From: the human T2T-CHM13v2.0 reference genome, Homo sapiens
Direction: 5' to 3' (one strand)
Assembly: GCF_009914755.1 (NCBI RefSeq)
Contig: NC_060944.1
Length of the DNA stretch: 64,000 nt
Shown here: positions 50,839 through 64,000 of the stretch, in pieces
How the letters are laid out: the number at the start of each line of letters is the position of its first letter
Numbering within the stretch: the stretch's first letter is position 1
The notes under the pieces: model-generated
Told to the model about the DNA's origin: nothing
Seen by the model: the letters and a program-made list of their open reading frames with translations, nothing else
The model's database searches: none
Translations under genes and position numbers: made by a program

Positions 50839-53591
50839 CCAAATAAAATCTTATTTATTTAAAAGATCTACATGTTCAAAGTAAGTCCATCAGTTGAGTC
50901 TCCAGATGTTGAGAACCATAAACCAATGTGGATTTTGTGCTAGAGTCAGAAGCAGGGCCCAGTTTTGCTATGCAGGATGAATGTACTATTTCTTGGAGAG
51001 GGATAATGAGTTATTGCTTCAGGACTGAGAGCTCTTTCTGCTGATGTTTGTTACCAGTTTGAAGGCAGTAAAGTCTCATCAGGAACAAAACAAAACAAAA
51101 CAAAACAGCATGGTCAATGAATGCCAAAAAAAAATCTCTACACTAAATTAGGTTCTTCTTTATCAGCATGTTTTTGTCTCTCTAGACATGTAATACTCCA
51201 AGTCATCACTGCCTTGTCCTCTGCCAACCTGGACATAGTCATAAGTATGGTGCTGGCTTATAGTTAAGGTGCTAGGAAAAAAAGTTAAGGGTATTTCCAT
51301 TTTTATAGGGGTCTATTGAAGTTCCAAAGCCTTAATGGGCGAAAGACTTAAAGTCATAATGGTGGAACGACAGGCAGAGGTTCTAATGCCTCTGAAAAGT
51401 GTACTCTATGTAGCTTCTGGATAATTCTTCTCCTCCTTTTCTGGCTAAGCATAGAACTGTCTCTTATTGTCAGTCCTGAATTCACATGAGAGGAATGCTG
51501 TACAAGGCATTGCCATATATATGAAGTAAAGGGTAATGTTGGAGATGATCACTGTTGTAGGGTGTCCAGTGCTGTGGTGCCAGCAGTAGCATCATGTTGA
51601 GATGTAATAAATTTGGTTTTGTTTTTTTCTATCCATCTTTTTTTGGTTCCTGTCATTTGTAAGAGGTAGATTTTCCAGCCTTTTCAGCAGCTCCTGGAGC
51701 TACTTGATAATAAAATCCCTCTCACTAATAATCCCCTTTGCTAATAAATCTCTCTTCTGCTAAGATAACCAGAATCGTTTTTAGTTGATTACAACCCAAA
51801 GCCCTATTGATTTATTTAAAAATGTTTCCCTGTAAGTATCCTCAGGCTTTCTTAGTTCTTAGCTCAAATATTTAGTTTTTGGAGACCAAGGTTGTGATGA
51901 AAGTTGCATTAAAATAGGTTCACAACAATCTTTTAATGTAAGTGCATGAGAAGCAGTGGTGTCCCTCCCAGGGCTCTTTACCAGACATATGCAGCCTGTC
52001 CACAGATAATATTTCTACTGGCTGGTGAGGCATCACAATTTTCTTTCCTACCGCTGAACCCTCAACTAATGATTTAACCTCGGTACTCAGAGCCACTTAT
52101 GCCTCCCTTTTCTACCAGCCCCCATGGAGGCAACTCACAGCCAATAACTAGTTTATATGAGGGTATATTTGTTCTCAGAGAGAACAAATCAATACTGTGT
52201 CAGAGCCCTCAGGGATCAGGCCAAGGCTAGACTCCAGTGGAGACCATATCCTTGCTCAACTCCTCCTGCCATCTTGTTTCTCTCATTCCTTTTCTGATAG
52301 CCCTTCCTCAATGAACAATGTACACCTGAAACTCTGCTCAGGCTTTTCTTCTGGGAAACTCAGCCCAGGACTACAGGTTTGGATATGAAAGATAATATAT
52401 TAAATGTAGAGTCTAATTACAGTAGCAATGGACTCCAAATGTCAGTGGCTTAAAACACTAAAAGATTATTTCTTGCTTACTATAGATCAATGTACCTTTG
52501 TAGGCACCAGGAAGTCAGTCATTCAAAGACCCAGGCTCCTTCCATCTTGTGGCTCTAGCTTCTCTAGCATCCTCTCTCCTCAGGGGAAAGACAATGAGGC
52601 TTGCACTAGGGCCAAATTTAGAGGGAAGTCCTGGAAGTGGCAACCTTACTTCCACCTGCATTCCGTTAAGCAGAACTCAGACATGTGTGCAAGGGAGACT
52701 GGTATATGTTGTGTAGCTGTGTGCTCAATCAGGGGAGAAGACTCTACGGAAGGCCTCAGGCTCTACATATAAAAGATATGGTGTGAGGAAGTAGAGCTGT
52801 GAAGCTGCAGTAATTAAAAACTCCTTTGCAGAAGAACACCCCTTGCCCACTGCTCAGGCAACTATGTTGACTAAACAAAGCCTGTTTTTCAGAGCAAAAG
52901 GGTGGAATTTTAATAATTAAGCAAGTACCTAGAGGTAAAATGGGATTGTTCCAGGTAAACAGGATGTGGAGTCATCCCAGGTATTGCTGACTCATAGGCA
53001 GTCAAGAAATGGCTGATTCACACCACGTGGATAATAAAAATATTTTAAATGTTTCCTTGCTAGGGAACATGTCACAAAGCTGTGTTAAAGGGGAAGAGAA
53101 ATAGAATATAGAATTTGGAAACTTCACAAGTCGTAACTGCATCCTTCCCCAACCCTTCAAAATATTCAGAGCCTCTGAAGAGTCCATGTTTTCCTCCCCA
53201 CCAGATGCTCCTTCCTGCTTTCTCTTCTGTATTCATTTCCCACAGTGGTGTGAAGCTGCACATTAATATTTCTGTGAGGCCTTTACTGATTCCCTTCAGC
53301 TGTCTGTGAAAACTTGGGTTGTGTTGCAGATCTCTGAGGCCCTTCTGATATGGACATTCTCTGATTCAAAAAGATAAAGAGGCTCAGTTGGGACAAGGGA
53401 AAGAACCTAGCCATTCTGTTAAGAGCTGGGGGTCTAAGAGTGGAGAGAAGCAATCAGTGATGCACTATGAGTGACAGGTGGTCTCCAAAGGGAGCAGTGG
53501 TGGTGGACCAAGTGGTGGATCATTTACAGACGTGCTCAGGGTAAGCCTGGCTCACCTGAGGACCCTGTCTAAGAACCTGAGGAGGGGAGGG

Positions 53592-54041
53592 TGGGAATGG
53601 GGCTTATTTGTTTATTCTCAAAATTCATATGTTGAAATCCAAACGCTCAATGTGATGATGTTTGGAAATGGGAACTTGGGAGGTGATTAGGTCAGAGGTT
53701 GGACACCCCCATGAATGTGATTCGTGCCCTTATAAGAGAGGCCCCAGGGAGCTGCTTTGCCCCTTTCACCATGTGAGGTTTCATATTAAAAGAAAAAAAA
53801 AAAAAAGAAAGAGAGAGAGAGAAGGGAGGTTTTCACCTGTCTCTCTATCTCTCTCCACCATGTGAGGATACAGTAAGAAGGCACAATTTGTAAACCTGGA
53901 AGAGGGCTCTTCTGAAACCTGACCATGCTGGTACTCTGATCTCAAACTCCCTAGACTCTAGAATTGTGAGGAATAAATCTCTGTTGTTTAAGCCACCCAG
54001 CCTAGGGTATACTGTTATAGCAGCCTAAACTGACAAAGACA
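53592..54041 (+). mobile_element. MLT1A/MST-type MaLR solo LTR
   Basis: 'caaaattcatatgttgaaatcc' through 'gttatagcagcctaaactgacaaagaca'. Confidence 0.8.
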
Positions 54042-54104
54042 GGGGCATTTAGGCCTCTATAATCTCCACCAGCATGTTCCCATTTTTATTGATCTCCATA
54101 ATGG

Positions 54105-54530
54105 ATATGATGGGGCACTGCCCAGATCCCCTCTTCAGGAAAATACCTCTACCCTCTACTGTCAGGAATTTCAGTTGTTGATTGCTCATACCAGGGACTC
54201 TACCTTGAAATTACCCTTGGCCTCAAGGGACTCTCTCATCATAGTTATGTCTCCTTCTAGGGCAGCTAGGCAATGCTGACTAATGCAAGAACACAAGGGC
54301 CTGGCCCCCTTGCCTCAAACAGACAACTGAGAAAGCCAATGTAGACTTAGAGCTCCTGGCAGGGTTGTCTAAGGCCTTTGCTGTTAGTGCAGTGGGGGGG
54401 TCAGCTTTGCTGTCTGCCCAGTCCCACCTTTCTCACTCTTTTGCAGGTATATATCCCAATTGCAGTCACCAGAAGACTGTCTGAGCCCACCTCCCTGACT
54501 CTGTTTCTAGAAGATGTGAATGAAGACAAT
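54105..54530 (+). mobile_element. LTR16-like ERVL solo LTR
   Basis: 'tggggcactgcccagatccccctcttcagga' through 'ctctgtttctagaag'. Confidence 0.55.
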
Positions 54531-57009
54531 CTGAGACATAAAATCTAAATAAGATGTTTGTGCTAGGAACATGCAATTTCAAGCAAATTCTACAGCTCCA
54601 TTTCCAGGCCACTGCTACCTAGTCTCCTCCCATTCAGACATACCCCCCAAGAATGGGAAAGGTCTGGAGGGGAGACCAGCAGGGGATGGGAAGCAGCTCT
54701 CCACGACTCTCTTCTCTGCTGCTGCTCTTACATTCCCTCCCCCTTTGCCTTCTGTTTATGCTAATTCCAGGTCTTAAAATGGCTTTTTCTTTTTCTTCTT
54801 TGCAAGGCACGTAACACTTCATCATTTTCTTCTGTCATACGTTTTTGGTTTCCTCTGTCTAACTGGAATTTCCTATATTTAAAGAAAAGTCAGAAGCTAG
54901 TGTGTATGCGTGTGTATGTATGTGTTTATCTGTGTGAGTGTATGTGCATCGTAACATTATATAGAAGATCCCTTGTCTTTTTGGCACTTGGAACTCAGAG
55001 CATCTGGCAGACAAAACCCGCAATATGGTCAGGCTTCCTGTCTCCCTCCAGCCACAGTCCCCATTGCCTTCCACCTTATGAGTTATTCAGGTACGTTGGT
55101 GGCCAGTGTGCCCCTGTCTATGATTTTGAGATTCTCTGAGTCCATGAGCACCTTCTCTCAATCACTGCAATATTCTTTAAAGTTCTAGAGACCTGGGACT
55201 CTGACCACAGACTGAGATCCTAGCTTCTACCCCAGATTGCCGTGGGCACGAAACCCACAGGTGGTTTTTCCCCTGGAAGGTGCTCCTAACCAAGCCATTT
55301 CACTGTGGCTAGAACTTGAGACGGTGGTAATTTGTGTTACTGAAAGTTGCTAACTCCCAACCCACGATGAGCCAAACACCCTCACAGTGTGATGATAGAA
55401 GATACACATTCACACACCATTTTCAGTCTTTCATGGCTTGTTGCACAACTGTTAATCCTATGGTTTCAGTACTTTTGTTCAGAGTCTATCTCTGGGATCA
55501 CATATTTAACATCTTCTTTCAAGGTGCACTTCGTGTTACACAAGAGTGGTGTTCCTGAAAAAGTGCTTATGCATTGGCCTTTCTTAAGACTGTGGCATTC
55601 TCTGAAACCTCTCTGCCCTCCAGAAAGTTAGAAAATGAGTTCTAAAGCCCCATGCCATGGTTCTGTGCATTTCTCGCACTGGCATGATCCCCTGTATATT
55701 TCGTTCTGTGATTTTTTTTATGCAAGCCAGTTTGGCCTTTCCTTGTTTGGATGCAAAATGTGATTCTTTCTCCAGATTCTAAAAGAAATCCAATCAGACA
55801 AAATGCATTGAGGGTGTAGACTCTCACTGTCCCATGAGGAAGGCAGGCAGGCCCAGCATCCTCTTAACTTCATTCTTGTTCCACTTTTTTGTTTAGCGTT
55901 TCCTTGCAGCCTTTGTGTCCCTTTCCTAAACCCCAGTCCCCAAAAGATGACCCTGGAGGGTCATCTTTGCTGTCTGCTATCACTGCTGCTGCCTTAGGAG
56001 AAAATAGCCTTGCTTGCGTTTCTGGGCTCTATCTTCATGTCTGATCACTTTCTTCAATTAACAATGGCATCTAAAGCTTCAAGTTGTTTTTGTTTTTGTT
56101 TTTGTTTCTATGAGTGCAGCCTCTCTGTCAAGCTTGAAGCACTTTAAAAAAATAATGAACACAGGTGAACTCGTTTCAAGGAGTCTCCAGTGAAGAGTCA
56201 GTCAGCCCCTCTAGGACAAGACATCTTTCATATTCATGCTTACATCTGCACCACCTGGTAGAGTACATGGCACAAGATGGCCATTAATTGAGTTGATGGA
56301 ATTAAAAATGCTACAGAAAATTATTTCCCAAAGCAAAGTATCTTCTTCAATGAGGATGATAAGCTCTGTTTTCAGTGCAATTATCAATTTGTGTTTTTGC
56401 ATGTGGGGGGTTTCTTAAGTATAATAAGATGAAATGGACTTAATCACTAAGAGGTAACTATAAACTAAACCTTTATAAGGCAGTTGGCTACAGATTTCTC
56501 TTTGGAGAAAAGAGGCTTTACTTGGCAAGCAACAGTGGGTCGGGGGCAACAAGTCTGTTCTTGTGTCATAGACAAAATTGTAGAAGGTATACTGTGAGCT
56601 CTAGGCAGCAAGCCAACATTCTTTTTACTCCTGATGCTTAAAAGCTATGCTTTAATTTTTATTTTGTTTCCAGTGCCAATGCTCCTGGGTCAATATGCTA
56701 ATTCAAAAGCTAGTTGAATATATTTGCATATTGTGCATATTCTTGACTCCATAGAGGCAGAATTAAAATTAGAGTTCTCTACACTTTCACTAGTATGGCC
56801 TTAAAATTCTACAGAAAATTCCATTCTCCTTCATTGTTCTCAAAGTCTTTGAAATTATGGAAAAGATAATGGTGTTGGGCCATTGTCAGTTTAATATAGT
56901 CAATGTAACTGAAGAATGGGTTACCTTGACTAGAATTATTTAATCGACAGTGACCAGATAATTTTCATTGTTCTGGACCTAATGTCCAGATACTTAAATA
57001 GGGTAGTTG

Positions 57010-57466
57010 ACCAGAGGAACCATGAACTTGTAAGAAAAAATGTTACAATACCTTCATTTTATTGGAATTTAGCATTCCCTTTGATAATGTATGTAGGCAA
57101 ACAACTGCAATAGTATTGGCCATATCTAGGTCTTTGACATCGTAGAAATCACAGTTATTTTAAAAACACATTACAATTGTTTCAAATATTTTAAAATGTC
57201 CTTCCCCTAAACCTGACTTTAAAATGTTATTATTAGACTTTCCACTGATTCTTATTATTTATTGTACTAATAAAGAAGCACAAACATTACTGCATCATAA
57301 ATTTATGTTTTTGATATTTGGATTAGTAAATTTCACTATAATTTTGTTTCTACTTTGTACTTCTGTGCATTTCCCTTTGTGAATTTAAAGACATTAGCCT
57401 GAGGGAGTGTCTATCATCTTGTCAAATGGCTATCAGGGCCCAAGGGACAGGAAAGGCTGAGAACTT
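57010..57466. mobile_element. MER113-like hAT-Charlie element
   Basis: 'aatgtatgtaggcaaacaactgcaatagtatt...tagaaatcacag' and the end 'aaggctgagaac'. Confidence 0.5.
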
Positions 57467-59448
57467 GAAATTCACCTAATACTTGTCAATACCAAACTTT
57501 TTTTTTTCATCTCTTGTTTAACCACTGCTCAAGTCTTGTCATCTCTTTCTCCTCAATAGGACCCTGCTAAGGATGTCAGTTATCTGCTGAATGGCTCCTT
57601 TCCCCATATGCCCCAGGATAATCGAAACTCAGCAAACTATTTCTAATGAGCAGGGAGCTTAGCCATGGCTTGATGCTCTGAAAAAGAGTCATTATATTTT
57701 AGAATGAGCGTGAGCTTTAAAAAATGTGGGTAATCAAGTCTGATCACACCACGAAGGCTGCTAAAAAACGCAGTCCTCGATTTGGGCTCTTATAAATCTC
57801 AAATCTTTTGGAAAGATTCTAAATTTAGAACCACCTTTTCAATTCCATCAGGACAGAAGCTGCTTTAAATGATGTGTCATCCACTGATGAAAGAGAAATT
57901 GGTATCATTTTCAACTTACCATGTTTGGTTCTTGCCGGTGCAATGCTGAGGCTGGGGAGAATCGGGCACGTTGCAGAGTTTGGAGGAGCCTTGCCCTACT
58001 TAGAGAGAATATTTAACACATGGGAGTGTTGGATGCACTGACTCAGTTCATTAGTGGAGATTCAATGTTATCGTACTGTTAGTTTTTCCAGTCTGAATTT
58101 AGGTGTATTTTGTTTTTGGTTTTGTTTTTTTTGGTTTGTTTTTGTTTTGTTTTGTTTTTACTGCAGCAATGACAGTAAAATTTTAGTCGAAGATTTGCTG
58201 AGGAGGAAACATTGAAACTATTTTCTGGAATCCCCAAGTAGTTTGGAGGAATGGGAGGTTTCCCTGTTGTGAGAGTGTGGATACTGTCACCACACTCAAG
58301 CCCACCAGCTGTCAGATCCTTATCCAGTTCTGCGGCTCTGCCTCTGTTGTCTGAAACTGGCTGTCTCAGTTGCTGAGTCATCACAGTGCTAAGAAACCAA
58401 ATCCACTGAAAATCACCCTCGGCGCCCTTGAATATTTACCCAGCATATTTTGGGAGTCAGACCAGAGCCAAGTAGAAGCCTCAACAGTTAAATAGGCAGC
58501 CTCTGCAGGTATAAATCCCACTCTGCTTGTGAAGGTCTCTAAACCTTCAGCCTCCCTCTTCCTCCAGCATTCTGTGTCTGCAGGCTGCTGCAACCCTCCC
58601 CAGTGGCTGATATGGCTGTTCACGATGAGCTTAAAGTCAGTGTGCCCTTCAGAGGGGATATCTGTCAGCTGATACCAGCTAATAAAAAGCATGTGTCATA
58701 ATGAGTTAAATTCTTAAGGTGAGCTGCTAGGTAAAACCTTGGAGCTCTCCTGGCCAGCCTCCCCTCCCTCGCTCCCACCACCAATCACAGACCAAGCCCT
58801 GCCTACTTCACCCACTAAACTTTCTTCAAAGCCCCACCATCTCCTTCATATCACCTCCTAACTCACCCAAGCTGCCATTGCATTGCTTCTAGCTCAGCAT
58901 TGTCCAAGATGTAGTACCTAGCCACATGTGGCTACCTAAATATTCTTTTCAAAATGAAGGCCAGATCCCATCTCATGGAGGTGTTTGATTTGTCTTGGGG
59001 TAGCAGAACTCCAGCTTTATTCCAGCCACCCTTCCCTGGCTTTCTCTGCCTCTACCACCTACTCTCAGTAACTTTGATCACTTCTGCCTCAAGCCTCTGC
59101 AAATCTAGCACCTTCTCTCCATCTTCTAAACTGCAACATTTGCTGCACATTGTAGCTCTAGTATCACTTCCTCAGGGAAGCTCAATTTATATTTGTTGAA
59201 AGAATGCCTGAAACAACATAAGCAAATACATCACCAGAGGCTGAATACCAGGCACTGGCATCTAGGTGGAATCTATCATCAGGTATCAGTGGAGAACAGT
59301 CATTTCTCTAGATCTGGTTTAGAATTAGAACCTTTGTTAGGATGAAGGTAAACTGGCAAGGGAGGCCTGGGGCAGAGCCTACTGTGCCTCCAGCCCTGAT
59401 ATGAAGACTTCTGGGCTTCTTTGTCCTCACCTCTAATAAGATAGTTGA

Positions 59449-60046
59449 TATAGGAGGCAGAATGCTAAGATGTCTCCCAAGGTGTCCACTCCTGGTGCAC
59501 ACGCTTTGCATAATCCCCACCACTTCAGGGACTGTGACTCAAATGGGATATCTCTCTCATGATTAGACTGTTGATTCTGTTGTATGGCAAGTGTAAAGAC
59601 GTTTCACAGAGGCAATTAAGGGCCTAATCAGCTGATGTTAGTTAATAATAAAAAATTATGTTGAGAGGGCTGATCTAGTAAGTTGAGCTCTTCTAAGAGG
59701 ATTTAGAGGCCAAAAATAGAAGTTAGAAAGAAGCCAGCTCCTCTGGCCTCATGTGGAGAGATTTTGTGTGCAGCCTCTAGCGGCTTATAGTCTCAGTTCT
59801 ACTGCAGTCACAAGGAACTAAATTCTGCAGACGTCCTGAACAAACTTGAAAGAGGACCCTAAGCTCCAGATGAGAACCCTGACTCAGCCAATATATTTAT
59901 TTCAGCCTTGTGAGACCCTGAGCAGAGACCCAGCTAAGTAAGCTGTGTCCTGACTCCCGACCCACAGAAACTAGGAGATAATAAACTGCGGTGTTTGAGG
60001 TGCAAAGTTTGTGGTGATTTTCCTAATGCAGCATCATAAAACATAC
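59449..60046 (+). mobile_element. MLT1E-like MaLR solo LTR
   Basis: 'ggaggcagaatgctaagatgtctcccaagg', 'acaaggaactaaattctgc' and 'cagccttgtgagaccctgagcagagacccagctaag'. Confidence 0.75.
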
Positions 60047-60055
60047 AATGGGACT

Positions 60056-60572
60056 CAAGATTCTTAACTCGTTTTGTGCCATGGGCCACTTGGGAAGTCT
60101 GGTGAAGCCTATGGACTTCTGCTCAGAATGAATTTTAAATGCTTAAAATAAAATACAAAGGGTTACAAAAGAAACTGCTTTTATTGAAAGAGTAATAACA
60201 TATTTTTTAAAAATGTATCTGAGTTAGTGTAACGTGTGCACTTATTTGTTAGCACATTAAATAATAAGATCTAGTGGTAGGTCTAAGAGTTACTATTATG
60301 TAGAAGAAATACCGAGTAAAAACCATCTTCTGAGACAGCAACAGCAATAGTGTGATGAAATTACTTGCCATTTCTATGGGTGTCAATGTCACACGATTGC
60401 TAGTGCATTTACAGTTGGCTGCTTCTATTCATAGTGGAAGGAAAGGCTAAATTTCACATAGGAGTTGGTAAAAATAAAGATTTAGCTTTTTTTTATACAT
60501 TCATTCATTTATTCATTCATTCATTCCATCCAGTTTATGCCACCCCGCATTCTATCCAGGTTAAAAATCTTT
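60056..60572 (+). mobile_element. MER119-like hAT-Charlie element
   Basis: Starts 'ttcttaactcgttttgtgccatgggccacttgggaagtctggtgaagcctatggac' and ends 'ccaggttaaaaatc'. Confidence 0.65.
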
Positions 60573-63500
60573 AGAAAGTTCCTGAGCTGCTTCTGACTTC
60601 CACATTCTCTGTTGGCTTTCATCTTCTGAGTGATCCCCCGAAATTTCCATCCAGTGGAACCAATGACATTGGACTCTTGTTTACACTCTTAGGAGGGCCC
60701 TCCCTCTTGTTTATCCCTAGCTCATTTTTCTTTAATTACATGAATTACTTGATCTGCATGTGTGATTCATGTCTTTTTGATTATGTAGAATTAACCTGAA
60801 CAGAACACAGCTGCGCCAAGGTAAATTCTGGGTATATGTGTCCCAGTTTTTAAGTCCTTGTGTCACAAATGCCCTCCTGGGAAAGGTCAAAGCTCTTAAG
60901 TGTAATGTTGAAGCCAGGGTTGCAGGCTCAGATCCTTCTGTCTACACCTGCCCATCCCTGACCCCTTCTTGTTTCTGCAGCCCCAGTGTGGGCTGGTGCT
61001 CATGAAAACCTGCTCCCCAGCCCCTGCTGTCTGCACTGTAATAGTTATAAGCGGATGTTCTCTGCTCTTGGCTGAGCTGTAAATCAAACAATGCATGTTT
61101 CCTAATCATTTCTTTACTTCTTTCTTTATTCCTTTTTTCAAAAACTATAAGCATGTGGCTTTAAAATTTAAAGTTTACTTACAGCTTATAATACATTTCT
61201 TCTTTCTCTTGTGCCCAGCTCCTTTTACTATTTTCTTTTCCTCTGTTGGTTACCTTCTTAACTTTACATAACTTATCTATTATTTATTGATTTATTAACT
61301 TTACATGAAGTCTGTTGACTCACTGTTATGAAAAATGAGGATTTACCTCACTTTACTCCACGTCTCCCATGGAGCTTGTTTTATTGTTTTTGCTGTATTC
61401 TTGCATTTATCATACCTCTATTTACATCAACATTAGCATTGCATCTGCCCACTGGACCTTCTTTCTTTTCTATTTCATTTTTTGTCAGATATATATGTGC
61501 CTTCATATTGTCAAGTTTAGCATTATTTGCCTTTTCTTCTTAAACCAAAATTGAGTCTTCTTTTCTTCCTCCATGGATTAATATTAGAAGTTGAAGATCT
61601 GCAAAGGGCTTTTACCTAACTTTGACCAGTAACATATTGTTCTATGTGGGCCAAGTGGTGACCAGGTCTCATTTGGTGACCTCCAGGATCACTGGAAGAA
61701 GAAGGTCCTGACCATCAAGGTTAAATGATTCTCATGTTGTTCACACCATCTAGTAATTAAAGGCATGCCTAATTTTTGTGTCTTGTTTTTTACATTTTAG
61801 TAAACAGTATGTGTGGAGGATGTTTTGTTTGTTTGATGTCTCTTTGAGTTGTCAATTACTTCTACATTTTTGGTTTTCTTGACAAATTATAGCATGTCTT
61901 CAGTCTCTAATTTTGAGGACCCTCCCTAAAACAATTAAATCAGAATTTCTGTGGATGGAACTCCAACACGGGCTTATCCCAAATTAAAGTATTCATAAAT
62001 AAAGATAACATTGAACCAGATCTACTTGAGGGAGGAAGGACAATCACTGGAAAGTATAGATTCCACCTAAGATACATGATTTCCCAACTCGGGAAATAAA
62101 GAGCTCAATGGGCTGGTTCCTTGGGGAAGCACATCTAAATATTTTACATCCAGGAATTAGGAATAGAGCTCTATCTTCAGAGAGAGTGGCAGAGCATGTG
62201 GTTCACATCTTGCCTCTCTGTGTAGTTCAAGCAGGTACAAGTGACAACTCCTGGTCCCATTTCAAAGGCTTTGTAATATTTTTAAATAAATTCCTTGGTG
62301 ATCAAAAATCAATACTGTTTAGTCTCTATGAATCTAATAACTCAGGGTTCTTCATTTCAAGTCAGTGACACAATGCCCCATTCTTTAGGTGATTCCTGAA
62401 TTTCCTCTAAATACTGTTTGGTAAGAAAACTCCTAGAACCTGAATCCACACCTTCAGTTCAGAACTGAACTAATGGATTTCTTTCCTAAACTCAATTAAT
62501 TTCTGTTGCTGAGGCACAGACTTTCCACTGTTTGGATCTGAACACCACTCTCTATTTTGTAAATGATCCCCAGGCTGAAGTGAAACAGAATGGTTAATGC
62601 ATTTTTGATGAATATTAAAAATTCATGAAAAAAAATAAAAGTATGATACATATTTAAAGGAGCCTGGTTTTGGTTTCCTTGCCTTAAAGTTATTCCCTCT
62701 CTGATCCTCTCTCCCTTATCCTGCAAAGAACATCATAAAATGTCCATGTCTTTCTACATTATGGAAAGTCATTTTGATAAGAATGCCTTTATGTCTGTAA
62801 ACTGTCAGGGGTAAATTGAGCAGAAAATTATGCAGTATCCTGGTAAAACCAAATGTTAATATGGAAATTTTCATTAAATGCCCTAAGAAGCTACAGATGT
62901 TTGAGTAAATTCTACTGATTGCTTTGGCCTGACCTCTTTTTAGTGCCCCTTTGCACAGTGTACTGAAATCCTTCGACAGATCTCACCCCATGTTATCAGT
63001 CTCAAATCAGGAAGCTTTTTCAGAATAGTTGGCTATGGCATTAACTCATTTTCTCCCCACCTTCTTCCTGCCCCCACAACAGTTCTCTGCAGTTCTGTGA
63101 GCAGAGAAATGCAGCGAGGCCCTCCTTCAATAAATAGCACATCCATTCAGGTCACTCATGCAGCTCATTTTAAATAAATTGAATCAATTCATGCCTATTA
63201 GCTGCTTGTCCTTGAACTAAGATAACATGGGATGTTCAGGTATCACTCAGAGGAGGAATTATGAGGGTGACAAAATTTGCTGAGTGCTCCAAGGCCAACT
63301 TTTATAAAATCTTGAGTAGGACAAGGGAAGGGACCTTCTATTACTCTTAATAAAGTATTATGTAAACTATTAACAGTGTACTATGCCCTTGGAGAAAAGC
63401 CTTAGAAACTTAGAACGTTTGAGCATATTTTTCTATCGAGTTTTATTTGTGTAAAATGAATGAGGCGCCATTGATAATATTTAGAAACTGCACATCCCAG

Positions 63501-63739
63501 ATGACTGGGAATGCCCCATCGCTTCCCAGGGACATCATAGGGATATATCCTCAACAGAATCAACAAATCAGTGGAATCAATATGCTTAATTCAAATACTG
63601 AAGTTATCTGAGAAATAGATTCATGGTAGATTCTAAGATAGTATTGTTCTAGAATTTTTTTTCCTGTGGCTTTAAATGCAGGCTGTCTTCATTTACTCAT
63701 TTCAGACTTTGCCTTTACCATTATTATGGTTCAGCATGA

Positions 63740-64000
63740 TTTCAAGTTTCTCTCCCTTTCTAGCCACATGGGATGATGTGATTTTATTGCCCCTTTCAAG
63801 TTAGCCATGACCATGAGACTTGTTTGGACAGTGAAATATGTGCAGATGTAGTACCTGCAGCACTTAATTGCTGATGCTTGACTACTGAGTTTTGTCATTC
63901 CCTGTGACGATGATAATGGAAGCAGAGGTTGACATGCAGGGGCCAAAAGATTGATACCGCCTGAAAGGAGAGTGGTCCTGACTCATGGCCCACTCAAGAT
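63740..64000 (+). mobile_element. MLT1-type LTR fragment running to the window edge
   Basis: 'caagttagccatgaccatgagacttgtttggacagtgaaatatgtgcagatgt'. Confidence 0.55.

Noticed and set aside
62453-62469. Hairpin ttcagttc-a-gaactgaa
   Set aside because: 8-bp arms are at chance level.

Overview
Primate (most likely human) non-genic or intronic DNA. It is AT-rich, CpG-depleted and dominated by transposable elements. I see no intact cellular protein-coding gene, RNA gene or CRISPR array. Positions 1-14.8 kb are a nested LINE-1 cluster. An old 5'-complete L1 (L1PA15-16/L1P4-like) is interrupted by an antisense 3.6-kb L1PA3-like copy and an AluSp. Further right, an old L1M is interrupted by a 1.2-kb L1PA2-like copy with a clean TSD. 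At 23.3-24.8 kb there is a processed pseudogene of PA2G4 (EBP1) with poly(A) and a 16-bp TSD, inserted in a MER67-type LTR. The rest is Alu, MIR, L2, MaLR/ERVL/ERV1 solo LTRs, hAT-type MER elements and unique spacers. The structure least explained by these features is a ~135-bp, ~89%-identical inverted duplication of apparently unique sequence at 15350-16068, followed by a 40-bp tandem triplication. I found no convincing evidence of a new multi-gene system. Repeat subfamily names come from remembered consensus sequences and should be confirmed with RepeatMasker/Dfam.
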